NCBI GenBank assembly: GCA_030619865.1
Contig: JAUXAP010000004.1
Location: 1-56,992 of the forward strand
DNA: 56,992 nucleotides
Source: Dehalococcoidia bacterium
GTDB lineage: Bacteria > Chloroflexota > Dehalococcoidia > Dehalococcoidales > JAUXAP01
Direction of reading: 5' to 3'
The notes beneath the pieces are model-generated. The model was given only the letters and a program-made list of their open reading frames with translations, did no database searches and had not been told where the DNA came from. Below, piece by piece: positions 9,516 to 19,563 of this stretch (its first letter is position 1; each line of letters opens with the position of its first letter). The translations under genes were made by a program, and so were the position numbers.

Positions 9516-11946
9516 AGCAGGCGATAGCCACCACCTTATCACCACTACCAAGCCTCATCAACCTCACTCCCTGAGTGCTCCTACCCTGAACGGTAATACC
9601 TTGTTTGGAGTCTTTTTCCTTCACTGGAGTACGGGTAACAATGCCATCAGCAGATATAATCATTATCTGTTGAGACTGAAAAACGACCTTAGCCCCAGTA
9701 ACCTTACCTGTTTGCTCAGTAATCTTAAAGGTTCTGATTCCACCGCCAGCCCGATGTTGCTGTGGATAGTTTTTAACTGGGGTGAGCTTACCGAAGCCAC
9801 CGCTGGTAACTATTAACAGGAAGGCATCGGGCTGAACAATATCCATACTAACCAGCCGGTCATCAGGGGCCAAGCGGATTCCCCTCACCCCACCACTGGT
9901 TCTAGAGCTAGCTCTTAACTCAGATACAGCAAACCTGATTGATTGTCCCTTTTGAGTCACTAATATGGTATCATCCTGCTTAGTAGCTAAACAGGCTGCC
10001 ACCAACTCATCCTCTGCCTCCAAATCCATAGCGATAAGTCCACTACTCCGCACTGAAGCAAATTTATCGGCAGCCGTCTTCTTTATTTCCCCTCGGCAAG
10101 TAGCCATCAATAAATAGCTCTCCGGGTGAAAATCAGTAAGGGCTACCATGGCTGTAACTGTCTCTTTCTCAGCAACCGGGAAGAGATTGACCACTGCCGT
10201 CCCTTTAGCTAACCGGGAGCTGTCAGGAGGGATTTCATAACACTTTATAGAGAAGACCCTGCCCCGATTAGTGAAGAACAGCAAGTTATCATGGGTATCA
10301 GTCACAGTAAGAAGCATCACTGCATCTTCTTCTCTGGTTGGCATACCCTTAATACCCTTGCCCCCACGATGTTGTGGCGAGTAAAGACGCGATGGCACCC
10401 TTTTGACAAACCCCCTATTACTGAGTGTCACCGCCACCCTTTGATGGGGAATAAGGTCTTCCTCACGGAATTCTGTCACTCCCTCCTCACTTATCTCGGT
10501 TCGCCGCGGGTCACTGTATTCAGACTTTAATTCATCTACGTCTTCTTTTATCAGCACAAGTATCCTCTTAGGATTAGCCAGCAGGTCTTCCAGATAAGCA
10601 ATGGTTTTTAACACCTCGGTATACTCGTCAAGTATCTTGCGCCGCTCTAGATTAGCTAGTCGGCGTAATTGCATATCAAGGATAGCCTGTGCCTGGGCCT
10701 GGGATAAACTAAATTCGGCCATAAGGCTCTGGCGAGCTACCTCAGCCGTTTTAGATTTCCGAATAGTAGCAATCACCTTATCTATATTAGTTAAAGCAAT
10801 TTTGAGCCCTTCCAGGATATGTGCTCTCTGCTTAGCCCCTTTCAGCTCAAACCGAGATCGCCGAGTGATAACCTCCCGGCGGAAATTTATATAATACTGA
10901 AGCGCCTCTTTAAGGCTAATCACTTGAGGTTGACCATCAACCAGAGCCAGCATGTTAGCGAAGAAGGCTGATTGCATTGAGGTATATTTATACAGGTTGT
11001 TGAGCACCTGCTGCGACTGAGCTTCCCGCCTCAACTCAATGACAATACGCATCCCCTGACGGTCTGACTCATCACGGAGTTCACTGATTCCCCCAATCTT
11101 CTTATCCTTGACCAGTTCAGCTATTCTCCCCACCAAAGCCGCCTTATTCACTTGATAAGGAAGCTCAGTAATCACTATTTGGCGATGTCCAGTCCCTGAG
11201 GCACTCACCAAATGAGCCTTAGCCCTTACTACTATCCTGCCATGTCCGGTAGCATAAGCATTCTTAATCCCTTCCTGCCCCAGGATGATGCCAGCAGTAG
11301 GGAAATCAGGCCCTTTAATAAACTGGGTAAGTTCATCAATCGTAGCTTCAGGGTTATCAATAAGGTAGGAGATTGCGTCACATACTTCACCTAGGTTATG
11401 CGGAGGAATATTGGTCGCCATTCCCACTGCAATTCCAGAGCTACCATTAACCAGTAAATTGGGTAACCGCGTGGGTAGAACTGAAGGCTCCTTAAGGCTA
11501 TCATCAAAGTTGGGCATAAAGTCAACGGTATTCTTATCAATGTCAACCAACATTTGTTCAGCAATGCGAGACAGGCGCGCCTCAGTGTAACGCATAGCTG
11601 CTGGAGGGTCATTATCCACACTGCCAAAATTGCCCTGCCCATCAACCAGTACATATCGCATAGAGAAATCCTGTGCCATACGCACCATCGCATCATAAAC
11701 AGAGGCATCACCATGAGGATGGTATTTACCTAACACCTCACCAACGATACGGGCACTCTTCTTATGAGAGGTGGTATGCTTAAGCCCCAGTCCATCCATA
11801 GCATAAAGAATTCGCCGGTGTACCGGCTTTAACCCATCTCGCACATCGGGTAAGGCACGAGAAACGATGACGCTCATCGCGTAGTCAAGATAAGAGCTTC
11901 TCATCTCATCTTCTATATTTACCGGTTTAACTGTGCCTGAAATCAA
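9508..11946 (-). CDS. gyrA: DNA gyrase subunit A
   Basis: [26 protein letters not shown], GyrA-box QHRGGKG, beta-pinwheel repeats. Confidence 0.98.
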   Translation of the reverse strand: MISGTVKPVNIEDEMRSSYLDYAMSVIVSRALPDVRDGLKPVHRRILYAMDGLGLKHTTSHKKSARIVGEVLGKYHPHGDASVYDAMVRMAQDFSMRYVLVDGQGNFGSVDNDPPAAMRYTEARLSRIAEQMLVDIDKNTVDFMPNFDDSLKEPSVLPTRLPNLLVNGSSGIAVGMATNIPPHNLGEVCDAISYLIDNPEATIDELTQFIKGPDFPTAGIILGQEGIKNAYATGHGRIVVRAKAHLVSASGTGHRQIVITELPYQVNKAALVGRIAELVKDKKIGGISELRDESDRQGMRIVIELRREAQSQQVLNNLYKYTSMQSAFFANMLALVDGQPQVISLKEALQYYINFRREVITRRSRFELKGAKQRAHILEGLKIALTNIDKVIATIRKSKTAEVARQSLMAEFSLSQAQAQAILDMQLRRLANLERRKILDEYTEVLKTIAYLEDLLANPKRILVLIKEDVDELKSEYSDPRRTEISEEGVTEFREEDLIPHQRVAVTLSNRGFVKRVPSRLYSPQHRGGKGIKGMPTREEDAVMLLTVTDTHDNLLFFTNRGRVFSIKCYEIPPDSSRLAKGTAVVNLFPVAEKETVTAMVALTDFHPESYLLMATCRGEIKKTAADKFASVRSSGLIAMDLEAEDELVAACLATKQDDTILVTQKGQSIRFAVSELRASSRTSGGVRGIRLAPDDRLVSMDIVQPDAFLLIVTSGGFGKLTPVKNYPQQHRAGGGIRTFKITEQTGKVTGAKVVFQSQQIMIISADGIVTRTPVKEKDSKQGITVQGRSTQGVRLMRLGSGDKVVAIACFS

Positions 11947-11960
11947 TTTGCATTAACCTC

Positions 11961-12782
11961 CTATTCTTCGTCATTAGTACTTTCATCATCAATGTCAGGA
12001 GACTCTTCACGAAATACCTCTGTCTCCTCTCCACCTATTATGGTATAGCCGGGCTCCTCAGGTAATGCCCCCTCATACTCCAACTCACGCCTAATTATTC
12101 TATCACCAACATAAGGTCGAAGACCCCCAAACCCCTTTAAGGGGAAGGAAAGTAGCCCTGCCTGACTCGAGTCCTGATATACCTCTCTAATAATGACAGT
12201 TATCATCTCTTCTGTTGCGCTGACGATAGCTGCGGTATACTCATTGCCCCCCTTCATTAATTTAATAAGTCGCTGCCCATGCTTGGGTTCGACCTGTCCC
12301 AAATACTCCCCGCGGCAATTCTCCACTATCAAATTAGGCCCGTCTATCTTCAAATATACCCTATCACCAGCCACCGTTTTAGCCAGTATCTCCTGGGGCG
12401 CTAGGTGATGCAGGTTAATCACCCCAGCCTTCCCCATTTCCTCAATAAAATGCTGTGGCTCGACCTTACGAGAATCACCCTCTAAACTAACCAAGGCTTC
12501 CCCTAAATGGGATAACCGATGAAGATTTTTCTTAGCAATGGCATTGTAAGGGGCAAGTTCTAAAGCTCGGCTGTAGGCTTCCCTCGCCAGAGAGTATTCC
12601 CCTAGCTCCATATAGGCTCTACCCAAACGATTATAGGCATCGACATCATTAGGGAAGCTCTCTATTAGGCTCTTATTAGCCGCCACTGCCTCCCTCCACC
12701 GACCTTGCATAGCTAAGGCTATAGCCTGTTTGCTGGACCGACGTCTTAGCCTTGCCTGCTCCTCTTCCTGATATGATATCAT
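11961..12782 (-). CDS. Tetratricopeptide repeat protein with acidic tail
   Basis: DAYNRLGRAYMELGEY..AREAYSRALEL.P TPR consensus. Confidence 0.8.
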   Translation of the reverse strand: MISYQEEEQARLRRRSSKQAIALAMQGRWREAVAANKSLIESFPNDVDAYNRLGRAYMELGEYSLAREAYSRALELAPYNAIAKKNLHRLSHLGEALVSLEGDSRKVEPQHFIEEMGKAGVINLHHLAPQEILAKTVAGDRVYLKIDGPNLIVENCRGEYLGQVEPKHGQRLIKLMKGGNEYTAAIVSATEEMITVIIREVYQDSSQAGLLSFPLKGFGGLRPYVGDRIIRRELEYEGALPEEPGYTIIGGEETEVFREESPDIDDESTNDEE

Positions 12783-14003
12783 CTACTCTCCTCTTTCCAA
12801 CTCAAAAGCCTGGTGCAAAGCACGAACTGCATCCTTAACTCTATCTCCACTAATTATACAGGTTATTCTTATCTCCGAAGTAGTAATTAACTGGATGTTT
12901 ATATCTTTTTCACTGAGCACTCTAAACATCCTGGCCGCATAGCCGGGAGTATTTTGCATCCCCGGGCCGATAAGACTAACCGTACCCAACTTAGAATCGC
13001 TGACGCACTTTTTAGCCCCCATTGACTCAGCAATAGGTCTCACCAAACGTATTGCCTTACTCAACTGACTCCTAGCCACAGTAAAGGTTAAATCAGTGAT
13101 TTTCCCAAGGCCGGCATTCTGAACAATAGTATCTACACTGATACCTGCCTTAGCCAGAGACTCAAAAATAGCGGCAGCAATGCCAGGTCGGTCAGGAACA
13201 CCAACCACGGCTATCTTTGCCACATTAAGGTCATGAGCTATACCCCTCACTTTATTTCGCACTTCCATAGATGCTCCTCCATAAATTAATGTACCCGAAC
13301 TTTGAGTGAAGCTAGAGGCTACCAAAATAGGAATATTAAATAGCTCCCCCAGCTCAACCGCCCGGGGGTGCATCACCCTAGCCCCATAGCTTGCCAGCTC
13401 CATCATCTCTTCATAGCCAATCTCTGATAGCCGTTGTGCCTCAGGAACAAGGCGCGGGTCAGCGGTATAGACACCCTCAACATCAGTGTATATCTGGCAT
13501 ATTTCCGCCCCCAAGCTAGCTGCCAGAGCTACGGCTGTAGTATCAGAACCACCCCGCCCTAAGGTGGTTATATTCATCTCCTCAGTAACCCCCTGAAAGC
13601 CAGCCACAATGACAATATTCCCCTTATCTAACTCTCTAATTATTCGCTCGGGGTCAACCTCCACAATACGAGCCTGGCTATAGACGGCATCGGTCCGTAT
13701 CCCAGCCTGGGCTCCACTAAGGCTAATCGCCTCATAACCCATAGCCTCCAGTGCCATCGTTAGCAAGGTGCTGGAAACAATCTCACCGGTGGACAAAAGA
13801 ACATCAAGCTCCCTGTTGTCAGGCTGCTTACTAACCTGGTAAGCCAGCTTGATTAGCTCATCGGTGGTATCCCCCATAGCCGAGACCACTACCACCACCT
13901 GGTCACCCTTATCCTTAGCCTGGGCTATGCGCTGAGCCACATTCTTAATCTTCTCCGCATCCGCCACCGACGAACCGCCATATTTTTGAACAATTAGCGC
14001 CAC
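12783..14003 (-). CDS. lysC: Aspartate kinase
   Basis: VQKYGGSSV, TTLGRGGSDTTA, YTDVEGVYTADPR, two ACT domains. Confidence 0.97.
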   Translation of the reverse strand: MALIVQKYGGSSVADAEKIKNVAQRIAQAKDKGDQVVVVVSAMGDTTDELIKLAYQVSKQPDNRELDVLLSTGEIVSSTLLTMALEAMGYEAISLSGAQAGIRTDAVYSQARIVEVDPERIIRELDKGNIVIVAGFQGVTEEMNITTLGRGGSDTTAVALAASLGAEICQIYTDVEGVYTADPRLVPEAQRLSEIGYEEMMELASYGARVMHPRAVELGELFNIPILVASSFTQSSGTLIYGGASMEVRNKVRGIAHDLNVAKIAVVGVPDRPGIAAAIFESLAKAGISVDTIVQNAGLGKITDLTFTVARSQLSKAIRLVRPIAESMGAKKCVSDSKLGTVSLIGPGMQNTPGYAARMFRVLSEKDINIQLITTSEIRITCIISGDRVKDAVRALHQAFELERGE

Positions 14004-14009
14004 TTTTTA

Positions 14010-15200
14010 CTACATCCTTACTAGTCTACTCATAATAGTATATCCTGACTCAATAAAAAAGCCAGTATTTTTTGCCTCAGCCTCAGTGAATCTCCTCGCT
14101 CCGTTAGGGGTAAACCCCGCTCCCCACAGCATAAATGGGACGGGGTCATCAGTATGAGTCTGAATCTTGATCGGCGTTGAATGGTCGGGCATAATTAATA
14201 CCTGAAGGTCACCTGGTTGCCAACGGCGAAGCTGGTTAACGATTTCTCTATCCACTCTCTGGATAACCTCTACTTTATCATCAATTAAGCCAGCATGAGC
14301 CGCCTCATCCGTCGCTTCAACATGGATGACTACCAAATCATATTCTTTTAGTGCCACCAAGGCTCCGGCTGCCTGGGCGGTAAAATCATTGTCCATACCA
14401 TCTTTCACCCCCGGTATATCTAGCACCTCCATCTCTATAATTCGGGCCAAGCCCCGGATAATATCCACCGCCGATGTCACTGCCCCACTAAGACCATAAA
14501 TCTTTTTGAAAGCAGGTATATCAGACAACTGGCCACTGCCCCAGAAGAGCCATATCATTGTGGCTGGTATCTCACCTCGAGACCTCCGATCTACATTCAC
14601 CGGATGATTTTGGAGCACCGCTTCTGAGCGTTTCATCAGGTCTCGCAAGAGGTCGCTCCCCGGACCTTTGGGCAGAAAATCTTTTATCGATTTATTCGGG
14701 ATATCATGCGGGGGAGTACAAGTAGCCAAAAGGGTATCCTCTCGTCCTTTTATCTTGCAGATGTGCCGATAGCTGACGCCGGGGTAAAAGTGCACCGTAT
14801 CGCTACCCAGCTCCTCCTCTAGAGCAGCCACAAGCTGATGAGCCTCCTCAGTACTAATTTGACCCGAGTTAAAGCTCCACATTTTGCCGTCACGAACAGC
14901 GGTTAAATTGCAGCGGAAAACAGCGTCGCCAGCATCAATATTAATGCCCATGCCCCTGGCTTCAATAGCTGCCCGCGCTGGATAACGGACCGTTGGGTCA
15001 TAACCAAGTACTGATATACAGGCGCAGGAACTGCTAGGTTCCAACCCAGGTGGTATGGTGCGGATAAGTCCCAGAGTACTTTCCTGTGCCATAGCATCCA
15101 GATTTGGAGTTTGAGCCAGCTCCAGGCAGGTCTTGCTCCCACGCTCAGGTAGTGGCCAGCCAGAGGCACCATCAATTATCAAAACGCAATGTTTCATCAA
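14010..15200 (-). CDS. apgM: Cofactor-independent phosphoglycerate mutase (archaeal/ApgM type)
   Basis: IIDG, LELAQTPNLD, PGVSYRH, TPPHD, HVEATDEAAH, PDHSTP..HT. Confidence 0.85.
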   Translation of the reverse strand: MMKHCVLIIDGASGWPLPERGSKTCLELAQTPNLDAMAQESTLGLIRTIPPGLEPSSSCACISVLGYDPTVRYPARAAIEARGMGINIDAGDAVFRCNLTAVRDGKMWSFNSGQISTEEAHQLVAALEEELGSDTVHFYPGVSYRHICKIKGREDTLLATCTPPHDIPNKSIKDFLPKGPGSDLLRDLMKRSEAVLQNHPVNVDRRSRGEIPATMIWLFWGSGQLSDIPAFKKIYGLSGAVTSAVDIIRGLARIIEMEVLDIPGVKDGMDNDFTAQAAGALVALKEYDLVVIHVEATDEAAHAGLIDDKVEVIQRVDREIVNQLRRWQPGDLQVLIMPDHSTPIKIQTHTDDPVPFMLWGAGFTPNGARRFTEAEAKNTGFFIESGYTIMSRLVRM

Positions 15201-15261
15201 TTTCCACCACTAGTTTACAATAGTTGCCGAAGAGATTAAATCCACTTATAATACCAACTAT

Positions 15262-15339
<78 letters not shown>

Positions 15340-15345
15340 GTAATC

Positions 15346-16134
15346 TTATTTTTGAACCCTCTTCTTCGCCTCTTCCCAAAGAGCGTTTTGCTCATCAAAG
15401 GATAGTTCGCCAAAGTTCACCCCACGCTGGCGGCACACCTCCTCCATATAAGAGAAACGGCGGTAAAACCGCTTATTGGCCTCTCTCAGTGCTGCCTCTG
15501 AGTCAATCCCTACCCGGCGGGCAATGTTAGCCAGGGTAAAGAGCAAGTCGCCAAACTCTTGCGCTTTTCGTTCCTGACTTTCGGCTCGTTTAAGTTCACT
15601 AACCTCCTCAGCCAGCTTGTCAATAACACCGTCAATATCCTCCCAGTCAAAGCCAACCCGAGCCACCCGGCTTTGAACTCCTTGACTATAACTTAATGCC
15701 GGCAGTTGCTTGGGCACATTGTCCAGCATAGAGACATCAGCCCCCCTCTCCTTCTTCTTGAGAGCTTCCCAGTTAACCAGCACCTCCTCAGCATCCTTGA
15801 CCTTAAGTGAACCAAAGACATGGGGATGGCGTTGGATTAGCTTGGTGCTAATGTTTTTTATTACATCCCCTATCTCAAACTCGCCCGCCTCAGCCGCAAT
15901 CTGAGCATGGAGCACAATTTGCATCAGCAGGTCACCTAATTCCTCACCAAGCCTCTCTGTATCCCCCTCATCAAGAGTCTCCAGCACCTCATAGCACTCC
16001 TCCAGCAAATTATCTCGCAACGAGGCATGCGTCTGCTGCCTATCCCAAGGGCAACCATCAGGGGCTCGCAGTCTGGCAATAATATCCACCAGAGCAGCAA
16101 AGTTACTCAGGTCCTGTGATAAAGACAAAGCCAC
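15346..16134 (-). CDS. mazG: Nucleoside triphosphate pyrophosphohydrolase
   Basis: LRAPDGCPWDRQQT, EELGDLL, RHPHVF, second EFGDLLF domain. Confidence 0.96.
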   Translation of the reverse strand: MALSLSQDLSNFAALVDIIARLRAPDGCPWDRQQTHASLRDNLLEECYEVLETLDEGDTERLGEELGDLLMQIVLHAQIAAEAGEFEIGDVIKNISTKLIQRHPHVFGSLKVKDAEEVLVNWEALKKKERGADVSMLDNVPKQLPALSYSQGVQSRVARVGFDWEDIDGVIDKLAEEVSELKRAESQERKAQEFGDLLFTLANIARRVGIDSEAALREANKRFYRRFSYMEEVCRQRGVNFGELSFDEQNALWEEAKKRVQK

Positions 16135-16203
16135 CTCCTTATTACCTCAAATTATATAGGCTAGTCTGTAATTAGACAAATGAGGAAATTTCACCTTAGA
16201 TAG

Positions 16204-16231
16204 AGAGGGTAGATTTCTGATTCTACCCTCT
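16204..16231. terminator. Hairpin downstream of the nuclease gene
   Basis: agagggtaga / tctaccctct 10-bp perfect stem. Confidence 0.5.
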
Positions 16232-16267
16232 ATCAATATCTAGCCAATCTCAGTAGCATTGAAGAAG

Positions 16268-16543
16268 TTACTGCCCATAGCCATACCGTATCATAATATC
16301 GTTAACGTTTGTGCTGTTTAGCCATACTTCTGCAAGAGTTCGCCCATATGAGTCAATAGCTACTTGTTCATAGGTGATACGCTTATTTGGAATGAGGCTT
16401 TCCAATATAGTCTTTGCTCGTTGCCCACGTGACGTGCTTATAGGTGGAGCGCTTACTCGAGTAAGGCGTATTCGGACCTCCGTGTTAGTGACAAATGTAT
16501 CACCGTCTATGACAAGAACACAGATTGCACTTTGTTTAACCAT
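16268..16543 (-). CDS. Thermonuclease (SNase) family protein, short and possibly inactive
   Basis: VIDGDT, RIRL, DSYGRTLAEV, NVN..MI..GY; own promoter TTGACA-16-TATAAT (16592-16565) and GGAGGT RBS. Confidence 0.8.
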   Translation of the reverse strand: MVKQSAICVLVIDGDTFVTNTEVRIRLTRVSAPPISTSRGQRAKTILESLIPNKRITYEQVAIDSYGRTLAEVWLNSTNVNDIMIRYGYGQ

Positions 16544-16614
16544 AATCCACCTCCCTTAATGCGAATTATACTATTCTAATAGGTAGTGTCAAGATATGGT
16601 TGGCAATACAATGA

Positions 16615-16631
16615 GCATTTCGCAACAAGCT
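16615..16631. repeat. Second copy of the element right end
   Basis: gcatttcgcaacaagct is identical to 7560-7576. Confidence 0.75.
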
Positions 16632-16667
16632 GAAATGGGGACCATCGTTAAAAAGGGAAATAGTTAG

Positions 16668-17618
16668 CTAATTTGGCAATATCGTCCCGATGAATTGCCT
16701 CTGCCCCCTTAAAAATTCAGCGGCAGACATAGCCCGTTTCCCCTCTGGTTGAACCTTCAAAACCCCTAAAATTCCATCCCCCGTACAGACGCCAAACGCA
16801 GCCCCTGAACACTCTGCGGCTGGAGCCAGAGTTACTACCTACCCTACATCGTAGGTCCTTTCCTCAGGTAAGGGCACTACCTCAATAATCTTAAGTCGCC
16901 TTCCCCTCCACTTGGTGTAACACCCTGGCCAGGGTTGGAAGGCACGCACCCGTCGCCATATCTCTACAGCCGGCAGATGCCAGTCAATCTCGCCTTCCCC
17001 CTTGGAAATCGGGCCACAATAGGTAGCCTCAGCTTCATTCTGAGGTTGGGGGGTGATCTCACCCCTTACCCAGCGAGGTAAAACTTCCAAGAGCAACTGA
17101 GCCGCTATCTGGGACAGCTTGGCGGTAAGGGCACCTGTGGTGTCCTGTGATGAAATGGGAATCTGTTCCTTGGCTAGTATAGGACCGGTATCCAAACCCT
17201 TGTCCATCAGCATAATGCTTACCCCAGTGAACTCATCGCCAGCCAGGATAGCCGCCGCCACCGGTGAGACTCCTCGAAATCTGGGTAGTAGAGAAGGGTG
17301 AATATTAATACACCCGTAACGAGGGATATCTAAAACCGACTGCGGCAAAATTTGGCCAAAGGCAGCCACTACTATAACATCAGGGTGAAAGTCAGCTAAT
17401 TGTGCCACCACCTCTGGCTTCTTAAAACTCACTGACTGCACTACTGGCAATTCCAAAGCTATTGCCGCTTTTTTCAATGGAGGAAAAACCAAGGGGCGTC
17501 CCCTGCCCGCCGGTTTATCAGGTTGAGTATAAACAGCAACCACCTCATACTGATTAAGAACGAGGCGCTCAAGAGAGGGGACAGCAAACTCAGGGGTACC
17601 CATAAAAATAACTCGCAC
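16668..17618 (-). CDS. fmt: Methionyl-tRNA formyltransferase, interrupted by an in-frame TAG at 16841-16839
   Basis: FMGTPEFA, TQPDKPAGRG, INIHPSLLP; the frame after TAG continues with VVTL...TGDGILGVLKVQPEGKRAMSAAEFLRG, the Fmt C-terminus, giving 316 codons. Confidence 0.93.
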
Positions 17619-17955
17619 TTTAAGCCTCCTCACACCAAATTCTAACATTAAAAAGTTTTTTTTTATACTTTTTCCTTTTATATCTATGCTGAAATATCAG
17701 GGCAAAAAAAGAAGTCTAGCAGACTTTGTAAGGCAAAAGGGGGATTACAAACAGCCATCAATGGGCGCCAAAAACCTTGCCATTAAAAAAGCCCGGTAGT
17801 ATTCTAATGACATCCCTCTTGACCTCCTCCCTCCGCCTCAGTGAAGTCCGCTGGTCACCCCTGACCGCTAACTTAAAATGATATATCTATTTTACGATAT
17901 GACGCTGTAAATTTAAAAGGTTAATTTAAGTCAAACGGTAGGAGGGAGGAAATTA

Positions 17956-19317
17956 TTGGGACCTAGGTCAGCACAACAAATCTGGGAAACGGCCTTAGGT
18001 GAACTGCAAATCCAAGTCAACAAGGCAAACTACCGGACTTGGCTAAAAAAAACTGTAGGCTTGAGTTACCAAGACAATCAGTTTGTCGTAGGTGTACCCA
18101 ATACCTTCGTTGCCGAATATTTAGAGCAGAACCAGCGCTCTTTGATTGAAAAAGCACTCATCGGTCTTACTCACCAAGACATCAAAGTCCTTTTCCGCGT
18201 AGATGACAGACAGCAAAGTTCACCAAATAGTAACGGTGCTAGAGCCAGAGGTTACAAAAGGCAAGGAGACCCCTCCCAGACTCAGCAACCAAACCTCCCT
18301 TTATTTAATCCCAAGTACACCTTCGATTCCTTCATTGTTGGTAACTGCAATCGTTTAGCCCACGCTGCCGCTCTCGAGGTAGCTGAAAACCCGGGACATA
18401 GCTATAACCCACTATTTATATATGGGAAAATGGGATTAGGTAAGACACACTTGCTCCACGCTATTGGTCATGTAGCGCTGGCAAGCAATGTCCCGGTGCT
18501 CCATATTAGTGCTGAGCAGTTTACCAACGAGTTTATAACTGCTCTTAGGTACAAAAAAACAGAGGAATTCCGTAATAAATACAGAAATATTGATATGTTA
18601 CTGATTGATGACATTCAATTCATAAGTGGTAAAGGGCGGACAGGGGAAAGCTTTTTCCACACTTTCAATGAGTTACATAATGCCGACCGCCAGATTGTTA
18701 TTACCAGCGACCGTTCCCCTAAATCAATGACCCGATTAGAGGACCGCCTGCGCTCCCGCTTTGAATGGGGGTTAATTGCTGATATTCAACCGCCTGATTT
18801 TGAAACACGCCTAGCCATTTTGCAAACTAAGGCTAAACAGAATGGGATAAACATTGCCTTAGATGTCCTCGAGCTTATTGCCCACCGCATCCAGCAAAAC
18901 ATAAGGGAGCTGGAAGGTTCCCTGAACCGGGTTATTGCTTATACTAAGTTGGTTAGGGTTTCACTTACCCCTGAGTTAGCCGCTAAAGCACTTGAGGATA
19001 TAGTCAGTAAAGCTTCTAAAAGTGCTTCCCTCTCCCCCAATCTGGTGATGGAAGCCGTTGCTAACAGCTTCCAGCTATCTCTTGTAGATTTAAAAAGCCG
19101 CAAGAGAGATAAAGAAACTACCTTAGCCCGACAGGTAGCAATGTACCTTATCAGGCAGGAAACCAACTGCTCACTGGCTCAAATCGGCAAAGAGCTAGGG
19201 GACAGGGAGCCAATAACCGTTAGTCAGGCTTATAAGAAAATAGCCAGTGATATTGATTCCAACCCTGACCTAAGACACAGGCTGGCTGACATCCAACAAA
19301 AAATATATAAAAATTAA
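17956..19317 (+). CDS. dnaA: Chromosomal replication initiator
   Basis: NPKYTFDSF, YNPLFIYG..GLGKTHL, LLIDDIQF, RLRSRFEWGL, NIRELEG. Confidence 0.98.
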   Translation: MGPRSAQQIWETALGELQIQVNKANYRTWLKKTVGLSYQDNQFVVGVPNTFVAEYLEQNQRSLIEKALIGLTHQDIKVLFRVDDRQQSSPNSNGARARGYKRQGDPSQTQQPNLPLFNPKYTFDSFIVGNCNRLAHAAALEVAENPGHSYNPLFIYGKMGLGKTHLLHAIGHVALASNVPVLHISAEQFTNEFITALRYKKTEEFRNKYRNIDMLLIDDIQFISGKGRTGESFFHTFNELHNADRQIVITSDRSPKSMTRLEDRLRSRFEWGLIADIQPPDFETRLAILQTKAKQNGINIALDVLELIAHRIQQNIRELEGSLNRVIAYTKLVRVSLTPELAAKALEDIVSKASKSASLSPNLVMEAVANSFQLSLVDLKSRKRDKETTLARQVAMYLIRQETNCSLAQIGKELGDREPITVSQAYKKIASDIDSNPDLRHRLADIQQKIYKN

Positions 19318-19319
19318 AC

Positions 19320-19560
19320 AGCGGGAAACTATAAATCCATATACTTCTGCCCAAGCTGTTCTCCCTACTCCCTATAAACGAATTATAAGCCACCTATACA
19401 CCGGCTAAAGTAACCTACCTTGACTGCCAGCTTGAATCTCTCTCCTCACCTTAAAATATGTCTTCACCTATTATTACTATTACTAATTTAAATAGATAGT
19501 TAGTATATGTATTAGTGTATAATAATATACACCATTAAGAGTTATAGTAAGGTTATTTAA
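19320..19560. other. Putative oriC with DnaA-trio element and AT-rich unwinding region
   Basis: Gene-free gap after dnaA; ctattattactattacta (19468-19485, TAG/TAA trimers on the minus strand) followed by an AT-rich tract. Confidence 0.65.
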
Positions 19561-19563
19561 AGG

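Noticed and set aside
16186-16200. Possible left end of the second element (atttca-ccttaga mirroring the tgaaat flank)
   Set aside because: Too degenerate relative to agcttgttg to support
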